Assembly: GCA_038874215.1 (NCBI GenBank)
Contig: JAVZCV010000016.1
Coordinates: 1-26,917 of the forward strand
Source of the DNA: Candidatus Micrarchaeia archaeon
GTDB taxonomy: Archaea > Micrarchaeota > Micrarchaeia > Burarchaeales > JAVZCV01
Direction: 5' to 3'
Length of the DNA stretch: 26,917 bases
Shown here: one piece after another, positions 9,258 to 17,969 of the stretch
Layout of the letters: every line of letters starts with the position of its first letter
Position numbering within the stretch: the first letter of the stretch is position 1
Made by a program: the position numbers and the translations under genes
Notes under the pieces: generated by a model
Told to the model about the DNA's origin: nothing
What the model saw: the letters and a program-made list of their open reading frames with translations, nothing else
Database searches by the model: none

Positions 9258-9290
9258 AGTTTTATTTGGCCTACCCCATCTGTCAATAGC

Positions 9291-9815
9291 TCAGGATCCT
9301 CTTACTATTTTTTCTATTTCTCCTACGATTTCCTCTACTCCCCTCCCATTAGTATCTACAAAATAATCCGATTTTGCGTAATACTCACTCCTCTTTTTGA
9401 GCAATTTTTTTATCTCCTTCAAACGCTCTCTGTATGTTTTCCCTTTGAGTAAGGGTCTTTCATCATTTATTCCAACTCTGTGCGCTATTTCTTCTGGCGA
9501 GGCGGTTAGACAAACAATTATGCCATTTTTCTTTAAATTCTCTACATTTCCTTCAAAAAGCATAACTCCTCCACCGCACGCTATTACCGCGTTCTTATTT
9601 TTAGAAACTCTTCTTACAACCTCTTTTTCAATATTCCTGAAATGCTCCTCGCCATATTTTGCAAAAATATCTTTTATTGGCATTTTCGCCTTCGCTTCTA
9701 TTTCCTCATCGGTATCTACAAATTTCATTCCTAACCTATCTGCGAGCGCCTTCCCTACGGCGCTCTTACCTGTTCCCATAAACCCTACGAGGAAGATGTT
9801 CTTCGCTCTTTTCAT
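9291..9815 (-). CDS. aroK: Shikimate kinase (bacterial AroK/NMP-kinase type)
   Basis: NIFLVGFMGTGKS P-loop, FVDTD, GEEHFR, ACGGG, RPLL, R...Y. Start set at ATG 9815 (MKRAK) after AGGTG. Confidence 0.93.
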   Translation of the reverse strand: MKRAKNIFLVGFMGTGKSAVGKALADRLGMKFVDTDEEIEAKAKMPIKDIFAKYGEEHFRNIEKEVVRRVSKNKNAVIACGGGVMLFEGNVENLKKNGIIVCLTASPEEIAHRVGINDERPLLKGKTYRERLKEIKKLLKKRSEYYAKSDYFVDTNGRGVEEIVGEIEKIVRGS

Positions 9816-9823
9816 GATTACAC

Positions 9824-10999
9824 CTAACCTACTTCCTGCTCCTTTACAAACAAAAGTAGCACGAGCGAAATGCAGGTAAGAAGCGCAGAAAACGTAAAAG
9901 GTGCAGAGATCCCCCCCGCGTTCCAAAGCATGCCTGCAATGAGAGATGCAGGAAGTGCAAGAATGCCGCTAATCATCTTAAAAATTCCAAGAACAGAAGC
10001 CCTGTACTTTTTTGGTGCAAGCTCTGAAACAAAAGTAGATTGTGATGGTTGGAGTGCGCCGAGATGCGCCCCGTAGAGAAGCATTAGGGCGGCCATTACC
10101 AGCTTAGATTTTGCGGATGCGAATCCAACACAGACGATAAAGAATAGGATGTACGCGAAAGCAAGCATCTTCTTCCTGCCAATCTTATCTATAAGCCTCC
10201 CGAAAGGTAATGAGAATGCCGAAGCGCTTACAGTAAAAGCGAGGTAAAGAAGCGGAGCCGCTGTTTCTGCGAAAACTCCTGTCGTTGCTGCAACTATGAA
10301 AAACGAGTAGCTGAAGTTCGCCAGAGAAAATATAGCGCTTCCGATTAGGAATACCCAGAGATTCTGGCTTATATCCCTTAACTCAAATCCCCTATGTATC
10401 CTTTCCGTGCTTCTCTCCCTTACCATGAAAAAAACCAGAGCGGTTGCTACGCAAGAGGGGATAGCAGCAAGAATGAAAACAGTGCGATAACTTTCTTTCA
10501 TGAATGTGAAGAGAAATATCGCAAGAAGTATGCCTACAACTGCGCCAAGGTTATCCATCATTCTCAGAACTCCGAAAGCCTGCCCTCTTCTCTCATGCGG
10601 TACCGAGTCGGCTATCATTGCGTCCCGTGGCGCAGACCTTATTTTACCAAGCCTGTCCAAAAATTTGAATGGAATTAGCATATGGAAGCTGGTTGATACT
10701 GCATAGCCTATTCTTGAAAAAGCGCTAAGGAGATACCCACCCCAAACGAAGAGCTTGCGTTTTCCTATCCTATCGGATACATAGCCCGATACTGCCTGAG
10801 AAAAAGAAAGCGTTGCTTCACCCAAACCGTCTATCAAACCCAGCATGGCCATATCAGCACCCGTCAAAGAGCGAACAAAAACTGGCCATACTGAGAAAAC
10901 CATATCAGAGCCCATATCGTTGAGGAAGGATGCTGCCGAAAATATAGCAAGAGTCCTTGTATCCGTCGCCTGTTTTTTTTCGTTTTCCTTATCGCCCAT
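9824..10999 (-). CDS. MFS transporter
   Basis: About 12 TM segments; motif A GYVSDRIGKRK and its repeat GRLIDKIGRK; DRLGKIRSAPRDA. Confidence 0.93.
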   Translation of the reverse strand: MGDKENEKKQATDTRTLAIFSAASFLNDMGSDMVFSVWPVFVRSLTGADMAMLGLIDGLGEATLSFSQAVSGYVSDRIGKRKLFVWGGYLLSAFSRIGYAVSTSFHMLIPFKFLDRLGKIRSAPRDAMIADSVPHERRGQAFGVLRMMDNLGAVVGILLAIFLFTFMKESYRTVFILAAIPSCVATALVFFMVRERSTERIHRGFELRDISQNLWVFLIGSAIFSLANFSYSFFIVAATTGVFAETAAPLLYLAFTVSASAFSLPFGRLIDKIGRKKMLAFAYILFFIVCVGFASAKSKLVMAALMLLYGAHLGALQPSQSTFVSELAPKKYRASVLGIFKMISGILALPASLIAGMLWNAGGISAPFTFSALLTCISLVLLLFVKEQEVG

Positions 11000-11837
11000 G
11001 CATATCCACCCCCAAAGCTTCAAGCAACCTCTTTCTCATCGTTTCTATAGGAGGTTTTTTACCAGTAAAAAGCCTAAATGCCTCTGCACCCTGGTGCAAT
11101 AGCATCCTATCACCTGTAACTACATCACACCCTGCCTTTTTTGCCTCCCTTATAAGCTTAGTTTCAAGCGGAGTGTATACCGCATCAAAAACAACCATCC
11201 CCCTCCTCAAAATATTCGTCGGTACTATGCTGTCCTGAGCGTTCATGCCAACCGAAGTTGCGTTTATAATAACATCCGCTTCGCGTGCCGTCTTATAAAC
11301 CAAATCCATATCTTCCATTCCGAACCCCTCTATATTCCTGTATTCCAAATCATCAGCAATTTTCCGCGCTCGCTGTCCAGTTCTATTGAATAAAATTATC
11401 TTTTTTGCAAGCGTTGCAAAAGCGAATGCTATCGCACGCGCCGCCCCACCTGCACCGAACACAACTATATTTTTTCCTGCAATCCTCCCCTTTCCTACGG
11501 CTTTAAGTGCGCCGTAGCAATCCGTGTTATACCCTACCAGCTTTCCTTGCCGCTTGACAATTGTATTAACCGCACCGATTTTTCGCGCGGGTTCGTCTAA
11601 CTCATCAAGAAACTCCAATACTGTTTCTTTGTGCGGTATCGTGACGTTTGCTCCTTTCATATCCATATCCCTGAAAAATTCAAAAAATTCAGCTATCTCG
11701 CCTTCTCTGACTCTAAACGGAAAATACAGACAGTTAAGCCGAAGTTTTCTGAAAGCCGAATTGTGCATTATTGGTGATAAGGAATGGTATACTGGATCTC
11801 CTATTACACAAAACAACTTTACTCTCTCCCGAGACAT
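10989..11837 (-). CDS. aroE: Shikimate dehydrogenase
   Basis: HSLSPIMHN, GANVTIPHK, IGAVNT, GYNTD, GAGGAARA, NATSVGM, Y.PLET, MLLHQG. Confidence 0.96.
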   Translation of the reverse strand: MSRERVKLFCVIGDPVYHSLSPIMHNSAFRKLRLNCLYFPFRVREGEIAEFFEFFRDMDMKGANVTIPHKETVLEFLDELDEPARKIGAVNTIVKRQGKLVGYNTDCYGALKAVGKGRIAGKNIVVFGAGGAARAIAFAFATLAKKIILFNRTGQRARKIADDLEYRNIEGFGMEDMDLVYKTAREADVIINATSVGMNAQDSIVPTNILRRGMVVFDAVYTPLETKLIREAKKAGCDVVTGDRMLLHQGAEAFRLFTGKKPPIETMRKRLLEALGVDMHGR

Positions 11838-12496
11838 AACTCTACACCCATATCCGCATATATTTTTACCATCCCCTCAACCGTTAATTGCCCAGGTGCG
11901 CTTTCCCTTCCACTAATTGCGGCGAAGGTTAGATACGAGCCGAAAATTGGAGCGAGTATCCTTGAAACAACACCCTTTTCGCCCATGGCAAAAGAAATGA
12001 CTTTTGCCTCTTGCGATGCCATGCTAACGAATTTTAGAATCCTTGCGTTATCCCGCAAGCTTTTTGCGGTTGCTATAATTTTGCATATGTTTGCCATCCT
12101 CCTTTGTTTAAGAAATAGCCTCTTCAAATCCCCAATATTCGGCGTATTTTTTAAGTGGGTGGAAATTATTACATCCGAGGAAAATTCATGCGAATCCCAG
12201 CAAGCGTTCATCTCAACATCTGTAAAATCTGCGTGCTTTGAAGCCTTTTGGAGAATCGCTTTTCTTATTTTCTCGCTACCAGAAAACCTGCCAAACTCCC
12301 AACTCGGTCTGCACGTCGCTATAGTTTTAAGAGACGTGTCAAAAATAGTTTTCATATTCGCCTTATCTGGTTGTTTCAGGTAGTCAAGCCGTATTTCCAC
12401 AAAACCAACTTCCCCATGCTTCTCAATTCTTCTAACCCATTCTGCAATCTCGCTTTCTGTAGAAGCACATATGGGTACACACAATCTCACTTTCAT
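11819..12496 (-). CDS. aroD: Type I 3-dehydroquinate dehydratase
   Basis: VEIRLD, IATCR...EFG, ISTH, ICKI (Schiff-base Lys), AMGEKG..SR, APGQ. Confidence 0.9.
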   Translation of the reverse strand: MKVRLCVPICASTESEIAEWVRRIEKHGEVGFVEIRLDYLKQPDKANMKTIFDTSLKTIATCRPSWEFGRFSGSEKIRKAILQKASKHADFTDVEMNACWDSHEFSSDVIISTHLKNTPNIGDLKRLFLKQRRMANICKIIATAKSLRDNARILKFVSMASQEAKVISFAMGEKGVVSRILAPIFGSYLTFAAISGRESAPGQLTVEGMVKIYADMGVELCLGRE

Positions 12497-13974
12497 ACCA
12501 CCACTTTCTGCATTTTGTGTTTCACTCCATATATTATTAGCAAAAAGAAAACAAACGTAAGTAGTACTATTATGCTTGGGTTAACTATAAACAGGGGCGC
12601 AATGCCCGACCTGACAAGATGCCCGTCAGCAATAGCACCAACATTTAGCAACATGTGCAGTATCACGGCGACAAGCAAGGCAGGAAGAATTAAAACAAAA
12701 TAATAGGGGTGGTTTTTCCAAACCTGCTTTGCAAAACCGAGCAGGGCACCAACGAATGCGGTCATCCAGCCGTGGGCCAACGTATTAAGAAAAGACCTAT
12801 ACAATACGATGTTGAGCCATGAGACAACTCCTGCAGTGGTGAGTATATCGGAAGTGAAATAATACCAGTTTTCAACAAGGGCGAAACCAACGCCGCAACA
12901 AAATCCATACATTATCCCGTCAAAAAGGTCGTTCATTTCATGGTGCCCTGCCGCAACAATAACACCAAAACCCTTTGCGATTTCCTCTACGACAGGCGCT
13001 ATCAAAACTGTGCTCAAAATCAACGGCACAATGGCATTTTGCCCTAAAATAAATGAGAGCATAAAAGCCATGCCGCTGTTAACGATGAAGGCAACAAAGG
13101 AGGCAAAAATACCCCACATGAACATCGCAAAAAGGAACCTCAGCGGTTTATGCTCCATGTATTCAACAACCCATGCGAGCGAAAAGTAAACAAGCGGCAC
13201 TATTATAGCATATGCGCCAGCAACTATGAAAATTATCGAGCCGAGCTTTACTCCGAAAGATATTAAGGCGTATACAAAAAATATGGTTATTACTGTAAGC
13301 CCACCGATTAGCTCCAACGTCCAGAAAAACGGATGCAGCATGATGTCAGCAATTTTCTCCAGCAACGGCCTATCCCTCATCATAGGAAAAAACAGGGTCC
13401 TTAGCGTGTATTCGCCAGCCATTATGCCAGCATCAGTAATGGAGTATGCACTATGTACGACTAAAAGAATAAGAATGCCAAGAAGCAATATCAACGGAAT
13501 AAGTTGAAATTCTATGCCTACGAGTCTTTCATAGAGCCCATTTTCATAACCTACCCAATTCTCCTTTATATACAGAATTTTACCTATTGGTTTGCTACTC
13601 GTTTCAGCAAATAGAGCATACCGTTTCCTCCCTATAGAACTACCACGGTATACAAAATCAAGGTTAAGGAAGAACTCCTTACTTTCAAATGGATTGAGAG
13701 TTAGGACATCAAAATCTACTGTCATCTTTCCTTCCTTCTCAGAGGCGATATATACCCGGATTGTTTCGTTTAGCCTGTTTCTTACACCCATCTTGATGGT
13801 TGCCTCCTCAGGAGAATTGGAAAAATTCAGAACAATCTCCTTCTCAACACCATAAACCTCAAGCGTATCATCATAAAATTCCAAAACTTTATTTTTAAGC
13901 CCCACTTCAACGCTTTCGGCGAAAACGATATAGCTAAGCAGAATGAAAAAGGCGAGCGCGAAATTCTTCCTCAT
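12493..13974 (-). CDS. PrsW-family intramembrane metalloprotease with a long N-terminal extension (signal peptide, extracellular domain, extra TMs)
   Basis: PrsW motifs APVVEEIAKG, GFALVEN, LAHGWMT, LHMLLN; N-terminal signal-like MRKNFALAFFILLSYIVFA. Confidence 0.85.
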   Translation of the reverse strand: MRKNFALAFFILLSYIVFAESVEVGLKNKVLEFYDDTLEVYGVEKEIVLNFSNSPEEATIKMGVRNRLNETIRVYIASEKEGKMTVDFDVLTLNPFESKEFFLNLDFVYRGSSIGRKRYALFAETSSKPIGKILYIKENWVGYENGLYERLVGIEFQLIPLILLLGILILLVVHSAYSITDAGIMAGEYTLRTLFFPMMRDRPLLEKIADIMLHPFFWTLELIGGLTVITIFFVYALISFGVKLGSIIFIVAGAYAIIVPLVYFSLAWVVEYMEHKPLRFLFAMFMWGIFASFVAFIVNSGMAFMLSFILGQNAIVPLILSTVLIAPVVEEIAKGFGVIVAAGHHEMNDLFDGIMYGFCCGVGFALVENWYYFTSDILTTAGVVSWLNIVLYRSFLNTLAHGWMTAFVGALLGFAKQVWKNHPYYFVLILPALLVAVILHMLLNVGAIADGHLVRSGIAPLFIVNPSIIVLLTFVFFLLIIYGVKHKMQKVVV

Positions 13975-14010
13975 GAGTTTTAATCTGCAGTTGCGTTAAA
14001 AAAGATGCGC

Positions 14011-15738
14011 TTAAAATATGTAAAGGGAAAACCATCTGACAAACTGGTTGAACAACTTCCTATACCACTTGTTGTTCTCATTTATTACCTTTATTATCTC
14101 CTTGAACTGCTCCCTCTCTCCAGGACCCATCTTCGGTTCAAGTATCTTCTCATGGCGTTTCCCATCTATCTTATAGACTTCCTTCTGCTCCCCTATCTGC
14201 TTTTTTGCTGATTCATACCACGGTCCAAGCGATGACTTTCTCTTTTTTATTGCCGCTATAAAATCGCTTGTCCTTATCTTTCTCTCCTTCCCAGTCTTCA
14301 TAGCCTCTTTCCAAGGTATTGCGGCGGCATCCTCGCATATCTGCTTTATATCGGCAGCCGAATACCCTATCGTTGCCCTTGCGAGCCTACCCCAATTTAT
14401 GTTTTTCTCTAACGGCCTGTTTTTTGAGTGCAACTTAAAAATCTGTTCTCTTGTTTTCTTATCAGGAGCTGGCAAATAGATTATCTTGCTAAACCTGCCC
14501 GACCTTCTCAGTGCAGGGTCCATATCCCATGGGGCGTTCGTCGCACCAACCACGAGCACATTCTGGTTGTTTGCTTCAAGCCCATCCATCTCAAAAAGAA
14601 GCTGGTTCACAGCCATCTTCTGGTATGGTTGTTGCCCCATCTGGTCTCTTCTCCCACCGAGACCCTCAACTTCATCAAAGAATATGATGCACGGGGCATT
14701 TTTTCTTGCCGTCTCAAAAATATTGTGGATGTTCTTTTCAGTATTACCTACGTACATATCTAATATGTCGCTTATCTTCGCATTTATGAAACTCGCATTG
14801 CATTCCCCAGCAGCAGCCTTTATTATAAAAGTCTTACCGCAGCCAGGCGGACCATAGAACAAAATTGCACCTCCCCCAAATTTACCGTATTTTCTCGCAA
14901 GTTCTGGGTTCTGAAGCGGGTATACGATTGCCTCGTTTATCGCCTCTTTCTCCTTTTCAAGCCCCGCAACATCAGAGAACTTTATGTTCGGCTTTGACAT
15001 CAGTTTTATTGCGTTTATCCCTTGGTATTCGCCTGGTACGCCAGGCGTGACTCCTCCTCCCTCGCTTCCTGTATCTGGCACATAGCCACTATCCAGCTTT
15101 TGCTTCGCAATTTCTCGGTGCTGTATGGCCTCAGTGAAGTTGGGGTTGAGCTCTATCGCCTTATCGTAGTTTTCTATCGCTGCGGCATAATCACCCATAT
15201 AATCATACGCCAGGCCTCGTATGTGGTAAGCCTCAGCAAAATTCGGGTTTAGCTCTATAACCATGTTGAAGTCTTCTATTGCCTTCTCGTACTCCTGTTT
15301 GCATGCGTATGCGAGCCCGCGGTTGTAGTAGGCTTTCAGGTATTTTCTATTCAGCTTTATAGCCATATCGTAATCTGCGATAGCCTTGTCAAACTCCTGT
15401 TTTCTATAATAAGCGTCTCCCCTGTTGTTGTATATGACGGCGTTCCGCGGGTCAAGCTCCGCAGCCCTCGTGTAGTCAGCAATGCTCCTGTCATATTCTT
15501 TCTTGTTGTAGTAAGCGAGCGCCCTATTGAAGTATGCCTCAGCAAATTTCGGGTTTAGGACTATCGCCATGTTGTAGTTTGCTATTGCCCTATCATAATC
15601 CTCTCTCTCGTAATAGTCGTTGCCCCTGTAATAATATGTTTTAGCGTCGGTGGGGCTTTCGCTAACGCTTTCTGGCTGTGCATAATAGCGCGTTCTTTCT
15701 TTTCCTTCTGTTGAATCGTCGGGCATAGGCGCACCCAT
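14011..15738 (-). CDS. TPR-repeat + single-module AAA+ ATPase (Cdc48/Vps4-like clade)
   Basis: Five 34-aa TPRs (15136-15645). FSDVAGL, Walker A GPPGCGKT, pore loop YVG, Walker B IIFFDE, SRH ATNAPWDMDPALRRSGRF. Confidence 0.92.
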   Translation of the reverse strand: MGAPMPDDSTEGKERTRYYAQPESVSESPTDAKTYYYRGNDYYEREDYDRAIANYNMAIVLNPKFAEAYFNRALAYYNKKEYDRSIADYTRAAELDPRNAVIYNNRGDAYYRKQEFDKAIADYDMAIKLNRKYLKAYYNRGLAYACKQEYEKAIEDFNMVIELNPNFAEAYHIRGLAYDYMGDYAAAIENYDKAIELNPNFTEAIQHREIAKQKLDSGYVPDTGSEGGGVTPGVPGEYQGINAIKLMSKPNIKFSDVAGLEKEKEAINEAIVYPLQNPELARKYGKFGGGAILFYGPPGCGKTFIIKAAAGECNASFINAKISDILDMYVGNTEKNIHNIFETARKNAPCIIFFDEVEGLGGRRDQMGQQPYQKMAVNQLLFEMDGLEANNQNVLVVGATNAPWDMDPALRRSGRFSKIIYLPAPDKKTREQIFKLHSKNRPLEKNINWGRLARATIGYSAADIKQICEDAAAIPWKEAMKTGKERKIRTSDFIAAIKKRKSSLGPWYESAKKQIGEQKEVYKIDGKRHEKILEPKMGPGEREQFKEIIKVINENNKWYRKLFNQFVRWFSLYIF

Positions 15739-15893
15739 TCAAAGTTATTATCACCCTCGCCCCGCCATACCAATATATCCCATATTCATATCCTATTCTA
15801 TATATAAAACTCCACGCCCTATATAAATTCAACTATCCATCGTTTTGAGGCATATTTTTATATTAGCAGAAGGAGATATGCCAGTGTGATGAT

Positions 15894-17201
15894 ATGGAGA
15901 AAGAAGACGAAATCACTATAAGCAAAGTACTTGACATGCTCGTAGGCAGGCTTTCTTTCATGCAAACGAGATGGGAACAAAGGCAGATAGTCCAGAATCT
16001 GCTCAGGGAGATTGGCGTGCCCTCTGAAAAGATAGATAAGATGGCGAGAGATATATTGGCATATGATAAAATAGAAGAATTCATATACGACCCGACCGTT
16101 GAAGACATAATAATAAATGGGCTTAATCCTATTTTCGTATCAAAAACAACAGAGGGCATCGTTAAGACAGATAAGCGTTTTGAGAGCCTTGACGAGCTGA
16201 ACCTCCTCGTTAAAAAACTTCTCATATTCTCGGGAAAGCATAAGCTGGAGCCTATAAACAACCTTCACCTCCCCGAAGGTGGGAGAGTGAATATAGTGCG
16301 TTCAAGCTTCGGCCCGCAGATAACTATACGCCGCTTCAGGCAGACGCCGATGAGCATGATTGACCTAGTTGAAAACGGCACGATGCCGTACAATATAGCC
16401 GCACAGATGTGGCTATATGCTGATGGTTTCGGGATTAAGCCAGCCAATATACTGATAGGGGGGATGCCAGGTGCTGGAAAGACAACGCTGCTTAATGCGC
16501 TGTTCAGCTTCTTTCCAACAAACGAGCGTGTCGTGGTGATAGAAGACACGCTTGAGCTGAACACGGAATGCATAATGGAAAACTGCTCCCGCCTTGAATG
16601 TGCCGATGACCTTACGATGGAGGAGCTTGTGAAAAATAGCCTCAGAATGAGGCCAGACAGAATAATAGTGGGCGAAGTAAGAGGAGCCGAGGCATGGGAC
16701 CTAATGACTGCCATGAACATAGGTAAGATATGCATGGGTACTATACACGCCAATACAAGTAGGGAAGTTGTTTTGAGGCTTCAAAATAAACCGATGAACG
16801 TTTCACCCGAAATAATACCCCTCATTGATGTTATAATTATAGTAAGGAAGCTCAACATAAAAGGCAGAATATTCAGGACGGTATTCTCACTAACAGAGGT
16901 AGCGGGGCTTGAGCATGATACGGTTCTTCTCTCGGATTACTGCAAATACGATGTTAAGGAATGCAAAATAGTTGAAGCTCATCCAAGCGTTACCTACCGC
17001 GACAGGCTTGCAGAGGCGTCGGGCTATTCGCCAAAGGAAATAATGGATGAAGTGGAGATACGATCAAAAATACTGCAGATTTTGTGCGAGAAGAATAAGA
17101 AGAAAATAACCGATATCTCGGAGTTCTGCGCACGCTACTACAAGAACCCAGAAGACGCCGTTGAATCTCTCGGGTATAAAATAAAAGTTAGTGAGGATTA
17201 G
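15894..17201 (+). CDS. CpaF/TadA/VirB11-family secretion/pilus assembly ATPase
   Basis: DP.VEDIIING, ITIRRF, Walker A GMPGAGKTT, Asp box IEDTLEL, LRMRPDRIIVGEVRG, GTIHA. Confidence 0.92.
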   Translation: MEKEDEITISKVLDMLVGRLSFMQTRWEQRQIVQNLLREIGVPSEKIDKMARDILAYDKIEEFIYDPTVEDIIINGLNPIFVSKTTEGIVKTDKRFESLDELNLLVKKLLIFSGKHKLEPINNLHLPEGGRVNIVRSSFGPQITIRRFRQTPMSMIDLVENGTMPYNIAAQMWLYADGFGIKPANILIGGMPGAGKTTLLNALFSFFPTNERVVVIEDTLELNTECIMENCSRLECADDLTMEELVKNSLRMRPDRIIVGEVRGAEAWDLMTAMNIGKICMGTIHANTSREVVLRLQNKPMNVSPEIIPLIDVIIIVRKLNIKGRIFRTVFSLTEVAGLEHDTVLLSDYCKYDVKECKIVEAHPSVTYRDRLAEASGYSPKEIMDEVEIRSKILQILCEKNKKKITDISEFCARYYKNPEDAVESLGYKIKVSED

Positions 17202-17208
17202 CCGACCA

Positions 17209-17910
17209 TTACGGGTTTTTTAAGAATTCAAAATCACTAGGTTTGTTGATGCACTGCGCGTGAATATCCCTCCCTATCCCTATTTTTGGCGCATTCTTTA
17301 TTATTAGTTCAACATCCTCCTCATAGTTATCATTCTTGACGAATCTGCCCCCTACGAGCTCGTAATATACTGCGCCATGCTTCTCCTCATATTCTCTATA
17401 AATAGATGAGAAGTCCCTGCATACGATGTTCGCCATTACAAGCACATTTTCCGAAGGGTTTATCGTTACATGGCCATAGTTTGGCGGTATTATAACCCTA
17501 TCGCCCTTTTCCGCTTTTATGAGCAAAACCTCAACAATCCTGCCTTCCTCTTTTTTCTGCAGAAGATAATGCGCATCTCCTTCCAAAACTTCGTATATCT
17601 CGGGATATGTTTTTCCATTCCTTGCTAGCGGATGATAGTGCCCTGCTGTTTTCACAAGCTCGCAACCCATTTTTTCTGGCGGTATGATTGTCACATCATA
17701 CCTCAATCCGAGTGGGGAAAAACGTGGTTCCAAATCCCTATACATGTAGTAAAGAACTTTTTCCTTATCCGCAGTTTCGTAATATTCCCTATCATAAACA
17801 ACGGGCTCCATATCCTGAAGTCTCCTTACACTTGCCACGATTTCCCTGCCATCAAGGAAAAGTTTCCCGTTTTCAACCTCCATCCCCAAATTCTTTGTGT
17901 AGAGTTTCAT
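17209..17910 (-). CDS. pgiA: Cupin-type (archaeal) glucose-6-phosphate isomerase
   Basis: LRYDVTIIPP, KTAGHYH, YPEIYEVLEG, IPPNYGHVTIN, HGAVYY. Confidence 0.85.
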   Translation of the reverse strand: MKLYTKNLGMEVENGKLFLDGREIVASVRRLQDMEPVVYDREYYETADKEKVLYYMYRDLEPRFSPLGLRYDVTIIPPEKMGCELVKTAGHYHPLARNGKTYPEIYEVLEGDAHYLLQKKEEGRIVEVLLIKAEKGDRVIIPPNYGHVTINPSENVLVMANIVCRDFSSIYREYEEKHGAVYYELVGGRFVKNDNYEEDVELIIKNAPKIGIGRDIHAQCINKPSDFEFLKNP

Positions 17911-17969
17911 AATTCTATCTTTGCGGCATTCTTTTTAAATTCCCCGCATACTTTACATATGGTGCTTTT

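Noticed and set aside
8492-9289. 265-aa plus-strand ORF
   Set aside because: Overlaps ubiX antisense and the pilin out of frame; only its last ~27 codons (the repeat copy) look meaningful.
14011-15738. Calling the AAA+ protein Cdc48, Vps4/CdvC or FtsH
   Set aside because: It has one AAA module, TPRs instead of N or MIT domains, no protease domain and no ESCRT-III neighbours.
17922-17949. TGCGG...CCGCA inverted repeat between pgi and the GT4 gene
   Set aside because: Arms are only 5 bp with a long spacer, which is expected by chance.
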